Assembly: GCF_001194135.2 (NCBI RefSeq)
Contig: NC_068992.1
Span: forward strand, 4,467,743-4,519,772
Source of the DNA: Octopus bimaculoides
Taxonomy: Eukaryota
Length of the DNA stretch: 52,030 nt
Direction: 5' to 3'
The notes beneath the pieces are model-generated. The model was given only the letters and a program-made list of their open reading frames with translations. It was not told where the DNA came from and made no database searches. A program made the position numbers and the translations under genes. Shown here piece by piece: positions 40,831 to 52,030 of the stretch; within the stretch, counting starts at the first letter, position 1, and the number at the start of each line of letters is the position of its first letter.

Positions 40831-41497
40831 TATAATGTGCGTATATATAAGTGCATATTTATATATAAACACATATACATATGCATTGTGTATTTTTTAA
40901 CCATCTCTTACTCAGATATTATTTATGTATTTGCAGTTTGTATAAATGATTTTAGCTAAGATCTATTGATTTTTCTTTACTTTTGTTACATTTTTTGTCG
41001 ACGATCTGGGTCTCTACTGTATCTCGAAAATGTAGTTGTGTTAAGATTTGTATATAATTTGTATAGTTGCTATCGGCATTCCCATTCGTAATCCGAACTC
41101 ATTTTGCCAACCAACAGAAACTCAATGTCTAATACGCATCTCCGTCGTCATGTTAAAATTTGCTGATGGATTTCTTTCCCAGTAAAATATCCTGAGGTTA
41201 TTATTCCGAGTAAAATATTTCCATCGAATTCAAATACCTTAAGAAGTGATGTTATGGATTGTGTAACCAATTCTGTTCCTCAATATTTACACACACACAC
41301 ACACTCTAACACACACACCAATACATACAAACAAACACAGGTACGCACAAACATATACACATGATAAACCCTCACAAACACACATATATACGAGTATGTG
41401 GGTGTGTATTATACACGTGTATGCAAAAGCGTATGCGTACGATTTACATGTGTGCATCCATTTATACACACACACATACATACATGCATACATGCAT

Positions 41498-41567
<70 letters not shown>

Positions 41568-42444
41568 CTCTTCGCAGAATAGCGTATTTAATCAGTTTCC
41601 ATAATCAATAACCACCCGATTATTTTATTCTCGGTGAAATCTTGCAGCGAATTATATCGAATGAATCCGCANNNNNNNNNNCGCTCTTCGCAGAATAGCG
41701 TATTTAATCAGTTTCCATAATCAATAACCACCCGATTATTTTATTCTCGGTGAAATCTTGCAGCGAATTATATCGAATGAATCCGCAAAAGCTGCCCCGA
41801 AAAGATTATAATAGCATATACATTGATTCCACCAATCTCAGACATCTGGCAAAGTTCTTAGACCCAACCACTTCATATTTGACTTATGTACACCACAAAA
41901 AAAAATATATATATATATAATTTGTAAAATACCTTGGGTTTTATTTGGACACGACCAATGTCATGTGATCGCCAGATAAATAATAATGGAATCGATGCCA
42001 TTGTTGAAGGAATGAACAAAGAATGGATCACATAATTCGATTAGAAATTTTCAAGATAAGAATGAAATTTTGAAACATTGTAACAGATAATGTAATGGAT
42101 TTAATATCGTACGATAATATTTAGTGGAAAATGTGAACATGTCTCCAGGTAATACAACTACATTTAGAGATCACTGAAGATATATATTATCAGAAACACA
42201 TATACACGTACTTATACAGCAAACATTCTCGTACGCGTTCATCTGAAGTTGATAAAAATGATACTGTTATAAAGTAGATGCACATAATAATATTGAACAG
42301 TATAACAATCACTTTGTACTTTGTTAAAGACGAAACCTCTATATGATGATTGGAAATGCTTGAAAGAGCAGTTGCAGCTTTTTTAATTATCAAATTAGCA
42401 ATTTAAAGAAGGAAATATCCATTCGACAACATAGTGCATGTTAT

Positions 42445-42796
42445 ACTGAGGAGACCCCCTTCGGTCATGACTGACCCTGGGATTTCACCTAGAAAGTTAC
42501 CCTCCGAGGCAGAAGTTACCCTCCGAGGCAAGGTTGTTTGTGGAAGGCCAGCAGTCGCCCATGCATACCAGCCTCCCCTCTCCACACCACTGGTGTTATC
42601 CAAGGGAAACACAAAGGGGCCGATATAGCTTGGCACCAATGATATCGCAACCCATTTCTACAGCTGAGTTAACTGAAGTAACGTGAAATAAAGTGTCCTG
42701 CCCAAGAACACAACACGCAGTCCTGTCCGGGAACCGAACTCACAACCTCACGATCTTAAGCTCGATGCTCTAACCATTGAGCCATGCGCCTTCACA
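42445..42796 (-). mobile_element. tRNA-derived SINE with family B head/core and a distinct 3' tail
   Basis: Minus head GTGAAGGCGCATGGCTCAATGGTTAGAGCATCG..GAGTTCGGTTCCCGG (A/B boxes), core GTGTTCTTGGGCAGGACACTTTATTTCACGTT..CTCAGCTG, then a GC-rich tail GGCGACTGCTGGCCTTCCAC..CTCGGAGGGTAAC..GACCGAAGGGGGTCTCC. Confidence 0.85.
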
Positions 42797-43299
42797 GGTT
42801 ATACTGCATACCAATATAAAAACAAAATTAAGAAGAGTCACAAATCTAGTGTCTGTAACTATAGTTTTGCTCGACCAGGCTTACCATAATGGCAAATAAC
42901 AACAGCATCGGCGTCAATGATAGCAACAACAATAAAACCAAAAATTAATTTCTGTTGATGATTTAAAATACTTTAAAGGAGAATTATTTTACATATAAAG
43001 TTTCAAACTACTAAAATCAACTCAGGATATGCAGGCAAACGTTGCAGCGTAGAGAACAAAGAGAAGTCGTATGTCTATCTAGAAGCCATCTAAAAAAAAA
43101 ACTTAAGAAATAACCGTAGCAATTGAAAGAAGAGATGTAAGAGTATGCATCTAGCTTTCATAACAGCTAATATAATAGATGTCAAAGAAAGATCGTCACA
43201 GTATTCAGCTTGAATGCAATAACAACAAACTTTACACTACAATTTTACCCAATGCCATGTTGGCTAAAGTAATGTCACATAAGCTCAGAAAAGTGCTAG

Positions 43300-43388
43300 A
43301 TGGCCACAACTATGACAAATCATAGGTTTCATTGATTTTCTGAGTGGATTTGGTAGAAGGAAACTGAAAGAAGCCCGTCGTATATATG

Positions 43389-43421
<33 letters not shown>

Positions 43422-43440
43422 ATGTTTGTGTGTGTTTGTG
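43300..43440 (+). mobile_element. SINE family E fragment leading into its internal microsatellite
   Basis: TGAGTGGATTTGGTAGAAGGAAACTGAAAGAAGCCCGTCG|TATATATG, the reverse complement of the motif at 45973-46010. Confidence 0.75.
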
Positions 43441-43890
43441 TGTATGTTTGTGTGTGTGAGAGAGAGAGAGAGAGAGAGTGTGTGTGTGTGTGAGAGAGAG
43501 ACTGTGTGTGTNNNNNNNNNNNNNNNNNNNNNNNNNNNNNNNNNNNNNNNNNNNNNNNNNNNNNNNNNNNNNNNNNNNNNNNNNNNNNNNNNNNNNNNNN
43601 NNNNNNNNNNNNNNNNNNNNNNNNNNNNNNNNNNNNNNNNNNNNNNNNNNNNNNNNNNNNNNNNNNNNNNNNNNNNNNNNNNNNNNNNNNNNNNNNNNNN
43701 NNNNNNNNNNNNNNNNNNNNNNNNNNNNNNNNNNNNNNNNNNNNNNNNNNNNNNNNNNNNNNNNNNNNNNNNNNNNNNNNNNNNNNNNNNNNNNNNNNNN
43801 NNNNNNNNNNNNNNNNNNNNNNNNNNNNNNNNNNNNNNNNNNNNNNNNNNNNNNNNNNNNNNNNNNNNNNNNNNNNNNNNNNNNNNNNNN

Positions 43891-43921
<31 letters not shown>

Positions 43922-43925
43922 GTAT

Positions 43926-43967
<42 letters not shown>

Positions 43968-45261
43968 AGTGAGATAGGTAGGTGGATTGATAGATATGTT
44001 TATACTTACACACACATACACACACAGACACACACACACACACACACATACACACACACACACATATGCATATTATACAGATATATATATGTGTGAGTTT
44101 GTACGTATGTATTATAACGTTCAACTTACGTATTGTAACGTAAGAGAATTTTTCAGAATGCGAAACTAGCTAATTTATTTCATGCACACGAAGACAATTT
44201 TCTGCCTACCATATGTCGACGACATTGAGAATTCTGTGAACTGCCAGGCTTCCACATTCTGTCAGATGATTAAGTGTTCATCAGTAACCGAGCAATCAAT
44301 TAAGGATTAAGGAACATGCAAAGCGATGAAAAAAATTAAAGAATAAAATATTTCAAGCTCTGTACCTAGTCAGCAGTAATCCATATTTTTGCAATTTATT
44401 TTCGCCAGCAGCAAAAGAGATATAAAAATGAAACTCAACTAAATTTAAATGAAATACACTGAAATACCATACCAGAAAGGCATGACATTAACATTAAAAC
44501 TCTAATTGACATTGAAACAGAATGTGTAATGAAGAAAGAAAACTAAAGAAAAACATGGAAAAAAATTTAAATACAGATAAAATTGTTCACTTTAAAATTA
44601 AAACCGCATCTATGGATTGCATAAAACATTTTGCAATTTAAATAGAAATCATAATTAAAACATTAACATTTTTAAAACGGTCTGTAATTGACGACGAAAC
44701 ATCATAAAAAACAGCACTAAGAACATTAATAAATTAAAGCCATTTATATTGAGATATAATCCACACGACATAATTTTGCAGATGCATGAAATGAAGACGT
44801 CTTCCAGAGTTCTGCTGTCTGTCAAGTGTTGACAGTCGAAGACATGAGTAGCTTTTAACATCATCTATTTCATTTATCACATCGAATTAAAATAGCGTAT
44901 AACGTGTCTACTTTATATTCGATAGTTTCTTTTAATATTCCAATCTCAGGAGAAGAATATTTGTTTGATTTCAGATTTTATTGAGTCCCGTTTGGACGAA
45001 ATTCCTCCCCCGTGTAATTTTAACGTTACTTTTCTTGTTACTATACAATACATAAAATTACTATTTTCATAATGTCTGTGAAGTGTGTATGTATGTGTAG
45101 TAATGTTATATTTTTATTTACTACTATTTCATTGTAAGTATTATTACAAGAGTTATTGTTAAGGTCGAGATAAAAAGAGACGATCTTTTGTATCAAATAT
45201 AATAACCTTATAGACATATATTTCAATGTATATCTTTTGTCTATCATCTGTTTTAGTTAAT

Positions 45262-45500
45262 GGACAGCAGTTATGTCGGGGCAACACTAAGAAGGTTTTA
45301 GTCAGTAAAAGCGTGACACAGAATGCAAAAAGTCTGGCCCTTTTGAATTACAGGTACAACTTATTTTTGCCAGCTGAGTGGATTGGAGCAACGTGAAAAG
45401 AAGTGTCTTGCTGAAGGACTAAACGCGCTTCGTGGGAACGAAATCACGCCCTAACGATCACCAGCCGTATACTCCTAACCATTAAGCGACAGGCCTTCAC
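45262..45500 (-). mobile_element. tRNA-derived SINE family B
   Basis: GCGTGACACAGA..CCCTTTTGAATTACAGGTACAAC..GCCAGCTGAGTGGATTGGAGCAACGTGAAAAGAAGTGTCTTGCTGAAGGAC..CTAACCATTAAGC..GCCTTCAC. Shares head and core with 42445-42796. Confidence 0.8.
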
Positions 45501-45744
45501 CACACACACTAACACAGACACACATACATGCACACAGATACAGACAGACACAGACAGTCAGACACAGACAGTCAGACACAGACACAATATATATATTATA
45601 TTTATGTGTGTATATATGTTCTTAACTTCCCAGCCATGCCTGTACTGTTTGTTGCTTTGTGATTTATCAACTCAATCATCAAGGTGAGGTGATAGAAATG
45701 TAGTTTCGCACACAATGATTGTATGACAAAATGCTGCAGATCGT

Positions 45745-46135
45745 TTATCTTTTACTTGTTTCAGCCATTTCACCGCGGCCATGTTGCAGCACAACCGTGA
45801 AAACATTTAGATCAAACGAATCAACCGTGTTATTTATTTTCGAAAGGCTGGAATTTCTTCTATCGACGGCATTTGCCGAACCAGTAAATTACACGGACAT
45901 AAACACGCGCACACAAGCACACAAAAAAAAAACATATATATATATATATATATATATGTGTGTATATATATACGACGGGCTTCTTTCAGACTCCATCTAC
46001 TAAATCCACCCATAAGGCTTTGGTGAGGCCGACGATATAATTGAAAAGAGTTATCAAACGTGCCATACAGTGAGACTAAACCCAGAACCATGTGGCTGAG
46101 AAGGATGCTTCTGAACACATAAGCACGCCTGCGCT
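45745..46135 (-). mobile_element. tRNA-derived SINE family E with internal microsatellite, near full length
   Basis: TTTACTTGTTTCAGCCATTT..GCGGCCATG tail, TCTATCG..TTGCCGAACC body, a CA/TA tract, then CGACGGGCTTCTTTCAG..AAATCCAC..AAGGCTTTGG..CCAGAACCATGTGG..CCTGCGC head. Confidence 0.8.
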
Positions 46136-47629
46136 TTTAAGTATTTAATTAAAACCTGTCTGGAATGTTTCTTCAGAACTATGTTGTTGATAAAATGAAT
46201 AGCAGATGCTTAACGACATATGAAATTTGATCGGCTGTAACCTATGATCAAAAATAAGTGATCCGAGAGTATAGAGACGTTTTCCAAGAACATCGATAAC
46301 TAAATGACTCAATATATTCCTTGATTTCTTTTTTACGTTGAAGGAGAATCGAGAGAAACACGACTATTATTTATAGAATGTCAATCGCCCACGCTTATGT
46401 CTGTGCAAAAGTTGAGCTACGAAACGTAAAAAACTTATTACAAAGACGCAGTAAAGATATATCATATAAATATATATATGCATAGATATATATACACACA
46501 CATATATTCAATGCACACAAATACACACCTGAAACACACATAACATGTGTATATGCATGCTTACAGCCCCTCATCCAATCACACGTACGTACACAAAGGA
46601 AGAGAAAGAGAGGTAGAATGACGCAAATACCTGTATATTGATAGCTAATCAAGATATATACATCTAAAGATTTTCGCAAATACACACAGTGGAATCTAAA
46701 CACGCAAATTAATCAATAGTTAAAAATGTCCTGAAAGACTTTCTTGTTCTTTTGAAATAAAGAACTCGTTTGTATTTGTGAATATCTCTATATATTTGGT
46801 GAAGTTGACTTGCAGACTGTGTTCTGACCATCAATCAATATTATTTATCTTTTGTAAATGAAAGCAAACTATATTTTTGGGCAGCATTTTGTGGTTTATA
46901 TTTTTTCGCCTTCTTTCTTCTGGATAGTGATTTCCCAAATAGATAAATATAACTTTTTCTGCATATATACATAACAATTTTCTTTTATTATTATCATTAT
47001 TATTAATGCTGTTGTTGTTGTCATATACATTATTATTATTATTATTATTATTATTAGAGTAGTAGCAGCAGCAGCAGTAATAGCCTCAATAGCAGCGCCA
47101 GCATTTATGTTTCGAGTGTCCATTTACATAGCTCTGTGTATTTAGTGTTATTTCATGTTTAAATACTTATTTGTTCAGGTGTTTTACTGTGCTTTCAAAC
47201 CAGGGCAGAATCACAGAGATTTTCTTGTCTTATCTCATGTTCGTAGCTCAAAATATTTTTGAAAATTTTCTAAAAAAATTTTTATCAAAATAATTGTCTG
47301 AGGAAAATGATGTCAGTAAGTAGGCTCTGGTAAAATGTTTCAATCTGAAGAGGTATGAATGAGGAAGGAAGAGTACCTAATGGAAGTAGGGTATTAGCTG
47401 CAACATCTAAGATAACGGTACAGCTACAGCAGTAAAACAGTTGACAACACCAACGTCAACCCTAGCGGGGTCACTAATGTCAGTGATACTAATGTTCCAC
47501 GCAGGGGATAGATGTATGGTCAGTCAAAATGAAAACACAAAGAAACAGACGCCATACCCTCCACTACAAAAAACAACAAACAAACAAAGAAACTGATCAG
47601 CAACGGCAGCAACTTATTTTCACTATTAA

Positions 47630-47880
47630 CAATACGCTGGTCTTCAGAAATATCGAACATCATTTATATATACATCAAATAATGTATATACAAATATATA
47701 TAGTAATCATAAAACTTCAGAGAATGTACCATGGTCTTCTATATGGCGCACAAAAGAAGTAAAGCAGCAATACACTCAATTCTATAAAGAAAACTTACTG
47801 TAACACGAATGTTAGTAGTAGCCAAAAGCTGACATCATCGCCAATGAATCTGACTGTTTCAGCACCATTTTCATTGGCTC
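47630..47880 (+). mobile_element. Possible decayed Penelope-like GIY-YIG fragment
   Basis: One frame reads YAGL..YSNHKTS..WS (cf. YIGL..RY.NHKTSF..W.I). Weak. Confidence 0.25.
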
Positions 47881-48299
47881 CCACATTAAACCCAACGAAT
47901 AATACATCAAAGAAATTTTATAGTTGTTTTATGTGGCAAAGTATTAGGAATATTTACAAACATATATCAGAAAAAGTTATCCGAGGGTGGCAAAGCTGCT
48001 TAAGAATATTCTAAGCTATATATGGAGGTAAATCGAAGTTAACGTGTCTCGTGTTATTGCGAAATTTTTGTAGAAAGGAATTCGATTGCAAGTGAAGTAT
48101 CAGTCAGACAAGTCGATAATCTGCTTCTATTCTAATTTTTGAGATATAAAAATACGGAAAAGGATACAATCAGAAAAGATAAACGAAAGGTTTAATCAAA
48201 AACACCATGAAAATTAAAAGAAAAGCATGCAAATGAATAGATCATACTAACAGGTAAGCATTCTCTCTGAAGTTCTGAAAACCAGACTAATCGCCGTCT

Positions 48300-48360
<61 letters not shown>

Positions 48361-48375
48361 GATAATAATGATAAT
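48300..48375. repeat. (ACT)n followed by (ATA)n
   Basis: Directly visible; abuts the SINE A tail. Confidence 0.95.
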
Positions 48376-48382
48376 TACAATC

Positions 48383-48511
48383 CTTCCTATTATAGGCACA
48401 AAGCCTGAAATTTGGGGGAGGGGTACACTCGATTACATCGACCCCACTAAGTAATCAGTAGTTACTTTCTCGACCCCGGAATAAGGAAAGGCAACGTCAG
48501 CCTCGGCAGAA

Positions 48512-48512
<1 letters not shown>
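48383..48512 (-). mobile_element. SINE family A, 3' portion
   Basis: ATAGGCACAAAGCCTGAAATTTGGGGGAGGGG..CGATTACATCGACCCC..GACCCCGGAA..GAAAGGCAACGTCAGCCTCGGCAGAAT, truncated by (ATCT)n. Confidence 0.8.
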
Positions 48513-48558
<46 letters not shown>

Positions 48559-48677
48559 AGAGTGTTAAACACTTTCGGTATGCAAATTAGGGACTCTTTC
48601 ATAGAGTAACTGCTGCATTTGTTGAGTGAATAAAGGGTTTGGTTGCTTGTTTCTCTGGAGCTTGTCAGAATGATGAA

Positions 48678-48727
48678 GACACCCCTGCCGAGAACCTCAT
48701 AAGGTTCGAAAATCGATTTAGGTTGTT
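48678..48727 (+). ncRNA. Degenerate hammerhead-like motif
   Basis: CTGCCGA|GAACC-TCATAA-GGTTC|GAAA|ATCGAT|TT|AGGTTGTT. Perfect 5 bp stem II, GAAA and palindromic AATCGATT stem III, but A6C in the core and an imperfect stem I. Confidence 0.4.
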
Positions 48728-48799
48728 CGCCGTTTCTTTCAGTCTGTGGAGAAACGCCTAAAATTTGCCCTGTTTATAATTATACCATATATATATATA

Positions 48800-49018
48800 T
48801 AAGTGTGTGTTTATGTGTCTGTTTGTGACTGTGTTTGCTCCATTCCACCGCTTGACAAACGATCTTGGTTGAGCTTAAGCCACCACAACATAGCTTTTCG
48901 TTGGGAGAGAACGATAAAATATGGGCCAGGGTTTGATGTGTTCCACTAAAATTTCTTCAAGATGGTGTCTTCAAAATGGTGGCCGTGGTCTAATAACTGA
49001 GACAACTAAAAAATAAAG
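48800..49018 (+). mobile_element. SINE family E, 3' half
   Basis: GTGTTTATGTGTCTGTTTGTG..CCACCGCTTGACAAAC..CGATAAAATA..ATGGTGGCCGTGGTCTAATAACTGAGACAACTAAAA. Confidence 0.6.
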
Positions 49019-49736
49019 CGTAAAAGATCATATGCACGAGCAATGTATCCATAATATGTGAGTGTATGTCTGTCTGCCCGTGTGTGTGTGTATGTGTGTA
49101 TGTATGTATGTGAGTGATATGTGTTAATATATATTCGTCCTTATGCGTGAGTTGCCAAAGGAAATTCGTAAATTCTTATAAAACCTTCAGCGAATACATA
49201 AAATAAATACATTTATGTCAATAAGCATAAATGCATGCTTCATTATGGATTTGTGTGTATTCCTGCATGTTGTCTCTCTCACTCAATATGTGCGTGCGTC
49301 AGTGTGTATACGTCCATACGGACATACACATATAAAACTTTAGAAACATATGCATGCTTTCCTTTATATGATGATTGTAAATTTGCAATTTCGCATTTCC
49401 AGTATTCGTGTAGCTTCTACATGTTCTTGATATTAGCCATCATAATCCACATTTCGGCATGTAAACAACATCTAATGTCTCATGACAGATACATTCATCT
49501 TACAAAATGTTCTTTGTGTACACAGCAACTAATACTAATGCCAGTTCATATTTCCTACACAATATGAATTCCTTTAAGAAATTTCATTTGCTCTACATAC
49601 AATCACTTCAACTAGCAAAATCTTTACCGCATGTAACCTAGAGTAGAATATCTTACAAATGCAATGATTGTATATTTTTATGTGAAGTTTTATCATCACT
49701 TATCATTATACATACATACGTACACGCATACATACA

Positions 49737-49769
<33 letters not shown>

Positions 49770-49975
49770 NNNNNNNNNNNNNNNNNNNNNNNNNNNNNNN
49801 NNNNNNNNNNNNNNNNNNNNNNNNNNNNNNNNNNNNNNNNNNNNNNNNNNNNNNNNNNNNNNNNNNNNNNNNNNNNNNNNNNNNNNNNNNNNNNNNNNNN
49901 NNNNNNNNNNNNNNNNNNNNNNNNNNNNNNNNNNNNNNNNNNNNNNNNNNNNNNNNNNNNNNNNNNNNNNNNNNN

Positions 49976-50035
<60 letters not shown>

Positions 50036-51789
50036 AATATGTGTATATACACTTGTATATATGTATATAAATATATATATATATGTGTATAATATGTATA
50101 CATATGAATGTATATATGCATACATACATGTGGTGTAACAAGAATTGAAACACCTATTCACTAAATTATCATCGCCTTAGGAATTAAGTATGCTTAGATC
50201 ACATGACATTTGCACTTCCCCTCAAATCAAGAAATGTCGCAATATTGGTAAGCCATTAGAGAGTTTATTGTCGAAACCATTCTAAACCCGACTATAGAAA
50301 TTTCGGAAAAATATGTTTAGTGAACCATTCACAGATTATATTCATGTTCACATTTTGAAATGCAGAATTTCAGATTTTATTCTTCTTTACAATAGTGAAA
50401 TCATTATAAGATGTTTATGGTGTATTGGTGAATCGGCAGGAAATCGACTGTAAACAATATGTTAGATGTATTTAAACAAAGATATTAACATAAAAGTATT
50501 CAAAATTTCAGATGAAACCTACGCAACTTGTCAATACGTCACTGCTGCTATCATTACTCACGGATTATAAAGGAAGCAATATTCGTTTTATTGAAAATGA
50601 ATATCAGAGGAAAACTTTTCAAAGCGCAACATAGTAGGGAAATAAACGAACTCTGCGAAAACTGAGTTGTTAGATATACTGAAAGAGAATATGTATGTAC
50701 GTACGTACATGTGTGTGTATGTATGCATGTATATATGTATTATGTATTTATGTACGTACGTATGTATATAAATATGGAGGCAGGTAATTACAGTGTATAT
50801 ATGTATATATATATATGTGTGTGTGTAATATATATATATATGTGTGTGTGTAATATATATATATATGGATGTGTAAGCGCATATATATACATGTTTGAGT
50901 GTGTCTATGTGTGTATATAAATATATACAGAGGGAGAGAGAGGGTGAGTGGCAAGTGACACACAGACACATTAAACACAGAGAAAGATTGTGTTTAATGC
51001 AAATTTTTCTATGAGAAACTATTGTTTCAACTTAAATACGAATTCACAGCTTTCAAACGAAGAGGGCAATAATAGAGTTGGACAAAATTCGATGCCTTGG
51101 TATAACGTTATATAACAATTTAATTAGTAAATAACTTACCTCACCCCCCATATCTGTATGTATGTATGTATGTATGTATGTATGTATGCATGTATGTATG
51201 TATGTATATCTATGCGCAGGTATGACAGCGTTGTGAAAGAAACCCATTTCGCAACTACATAATTTCGGATGAAGTTGCACTACACGGTTTCTAGATTAAT
51301 GTCCAGCGTGTTAGAAGATCACTGGGAGTGAGGAACAATTTAGCATTTGTTATAGGAGCTCTCTATGATATGAAACCATATATGTAGGGAATGACATTGA
51401 AGAGTTTGGGATCTTTTGATCGCGTTTGACATTATGATGTTCCCATATTTCTGAGTCTGCGACCGATGAAGCCACAGGATAGTTGCCCTCATCTGTCTCT
51501 AGATCTTGTGTTAACTGCGGACTGGGTCATTGGGGGTAGTGTGCAAGCCTCATTGAATCTAACACTTTGGGTTGTGCAATCGCTGGCGAACCAACGATTT
51601 GCTGGCCGGTTTAGCAGGATGCCGCCGCATCAGGTATGGAAGCCTCAGATGCGAACCCGAGTAAAGTCCCTAATGTGACAGATGCTGTCTAAGCTGCTAT
51701 ATTGCAAGAAACAAGAGTTAAAAGCACTTAATGCTGTAAGAAGCGCACAACATATATATATATGCATACATACATAGATAAATATACGA

Positions 51790-52030
51790 AACACATCACT
51801 GCACTGGGTGTGTTCACGAAAACGATCTCTGTTTTTCCAATGTAAAGAGCACTGCAGACAGGAGACGCGGTGTGCCATTTCCCCACAGAACTTTTATCTT
51901 CGTACCTCGACAAGCTTTTATCCCCTACATTCGCTGTTAGAAGCTTCACAGCTCCTAGCTCCGCACAACCAGGAGCCTTTGAATTTTCTCACTGACGATG
52001 TAACACGTTCCCCTACATTAACAGTAGGGG
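51790..52030 (-). mobile_element. Penelope-like element GIY-YIG endonuclease remnant
   Basis: Minus strand KGSWLCGARSCE (Cys cluster), then CSALYIGKT and, after a frameshift/deletion, DRFREH, matching C..C.ALYIGET.R.L.DRF.EH. Probably runs off the window end. Confidence 0.7.

Noticed and set aside
41566-41787. Exact 106 bp direct duplication (41566-41671 and 41682-41787)
   Set aside because: The copies are identical and separated by a 10-N gap, typical of overlapping contig ends; assembly artefact.
42640-42796. tRNA-like A/B-box sequences (here and in other SINE heads)
   Set aside because: No cloverleaf or acceptor stem; these are SINE heads, not tRNA genes.
46398-46435. GAGCTACGAAACGTAAAA resembling the 14808 hammerhead end
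   Set aside because: Core (CTGTGCA) and stems are too degenerate.
48245-48262. Strong splice-donor-like CAG|GTAAGC
   Set aside because: No open frame or matching acceptor upstream; an isolated motif is not evidence of an exon.
51990-52022. CTGACGA followed by a TGTA/TACA stem
   Set aside because: No GAAA after the stem; lies antisense within the Penelope coding remnant.

Overview
AT-rich, microsatellite-dense eukaryotic DNA, not prokaryotic. The repeat families strongly suggest an octopus genome (inference from recognisable cephalopod SINE-like families). There are 13 N-gaps, nearly all flanked by dinucleotide repeats. I find no intact protein-coding gene or convincing host exon; almost all ORFs in the track are translations of microsatellites or gaps. 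The window is a transposon graveyard: tRNA-derived SINEs of several families, three tandem 3' fragments of R4/Dong-type (REL endonuclease) non-LTR retrotransposons set in (TAA)n tracts, a mariner remnant, a Gypsy gag/protease remnant, an RTE reverse-transcriptase remnant, Penelope-like GIY-YIG remnants and a ~370 bp foldback MITE. The most interesting signal is a set of minimal type I hammerhead-ribozyme folds with palindromic (dimer-type) stem III, each in a different short repeat context. The best is at 31889-31931 (minus strand) and is perfectly paired. Two of them, possibly three, carry a non-canonical CCGANGA core (U4C).
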